A DNA stretch of 64,000 bases, from the NCBI GenBank assembly GCA_964016885.1, contig OZ024741.1:372992001-373056000 (forward strand). Direction: 5' to 3'. The notes under the pieces are model-generated. The model saw only the letters and a list, made by a program, of their open reading frames with translations, had not been told where the DNA came from and did no database searches. The stretch comes from Eledone cirrhosa. Taxonomy: Eukaryota. Positions 62,822-64,000 of this stretch are shown in pieces; within the stretch, counting starts at the first letter, position 1; each line of letters starts with the position of its first letter. A program made the position numbers and the translations under genes.

Positions 62822-63650
62822 ATCCCTGTATAGATAAGAAATGTATAATCTGTAAATTAAGCCCCCATATTAACTGTAAAACTAGAAATGTAGTATATAG
62901 CATAAGATGTACTGAAGGACAATGTAGAGATAAAAATATAGTGTACATAGGTGAGACAGCTCGTAGTATAGGGGAACGGATAAATGAACACTGGCGAGAC
63001 CTTCAAGATAGTAAAGAATCATCTGTACTCTACCAACATGCTAAAATAGAACATAAGTGTAAATTAGAGAACATAGAAATAAAAATAGAATCAACACACA
63101 GAAAAGACGCAATGTTTAGACAAATTACAGAGGCAATAAACATAAATGAACTCCAACCAAAATTAAATAGAAAACATGAGTGGAACAGCAACATCACAAC
63201 TTACAATTAAGGACAAAATTAAAACACACACGCACAGAGAACAAACAACCAACCAGTAACATGTAAATAAACAAATAAATAAACCAATATAAACACACAC
63301 AGACACCCGGATGTAACACATGCGCAAACACACGCACAAAAACAAGATGGCGTAGGACAGAACAAAGGAGAGGCACAAAAACAAAGAAAAGAATCCCCAG
63401 TCACTGAAGAGGTCACAGAATGTGTGACGAAAGAACTTTGACAATATATAAACAACCACCTGGTTGTGGAACCAACCAACCAACCGGAAATTTATAAATT
63501 CCTAAATTATAAATTTATTATAATAAATTGAAGTGAAAGCAACTGGTGCGTGTGTTTCTTATTGGCAACATGACCTTCCCAAAGTATAACAATATCGGTT
63601 TCAACACACTTTTTCAGATAAAGAATCTTGCTAAACAAATTCAGAAACGA
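62822..63650 (+). mobile_element. Penelope-like element 3' part: GIY-YIG endonuclease plus pLTR
   Basis: Uninterrupted frame CIICK...NCKTRNVVYSIRC...VYIGETARSIGERINEH...FRQITEA..I...QPKLNRKHEW; bounded by (TA)n. Confidence 0.92.
63400..63442 (+). ncRNA. Minimal hammerhead ribozyme variant in the Penelope pLTR
   Basis: GTCA-CTGAAGA-G-GTCACA(GAATG)TGTGAC-GAAA-GAA-CTT-TGAC; CUU cleavage triplet. Confidence 0.7.
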
Positions 63651-64000
63651 TATATATATATATATATATACGTATAAACAATGATGTGTTCAATAAGTGC
63701 TATAAAATATCTTATGAAATAAGGTGAAAGATTTTAAAATAATTATGAAAATAGTCATGTATTTGGAGGGATTTAGTAATATAACTAAATATGATATAAT
63801 GAAGTTGGCATTTGCAACATAACTTAACAAAGGGTCTTACATAAAACTATGATAGATATGAATTAGATAAATACAAATACTTCAAAATGAATAGTTTTGT
63901 ATCATGGAACCAAATGGGATAGTATCAAAAGAAAAAGAATTAAACATTTACTAAATAACTATTGGTGACAGTTTTATGAGCAACTAATATATGTGTGTGT

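Noticed and set aside
62332-63210. 292-aa ORF as a novel gene
   Set aside because: Chance fusion of antisense RTE sequence, a TA run and the Penelope GIY-YIG frame.

Overview
AT-rich, repeat-dominated eukaryotic DNA. The (TA)n/(CAT)n/(TAA)n microsatellites and tRNA-derived SINEs with RTE-like tails suggest a mollusc, probably an octopus-like cephalopod (inference). No intact protein-coding gene was recognised; there are only a few low-confidence orphan exons, the best being a minus-strand first coding exon at 45321-45406. The window holds fragments of RTE, CR1, R4/Dong, CRE and Penelope retroelements, plus mariner, hAT and piggyBac-like MITEs. Highlights: (1) a complete non-autonomous LTR element (19915-21996, TATC TSD) whose tRNA-Trp primer site extends to 32 nt, with an A-to-T change exactly at tRNA position 58, next to a second LTR-end/PBS remnant; (2) a 485-bp-period, ORF-less tandem plus inverted repeat (34181-35592) carrying minimal type I hammerhead ribozymes on both strands; (3) a Penelope GIY-YIG fragment with its own hammerhead; (4) a GC-rich CRE-clade retrotransposon; (5) many fold-back or palindromic structures anchored in (TA)n. 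All family assignments come from motif recognition by eye; no searches were run.
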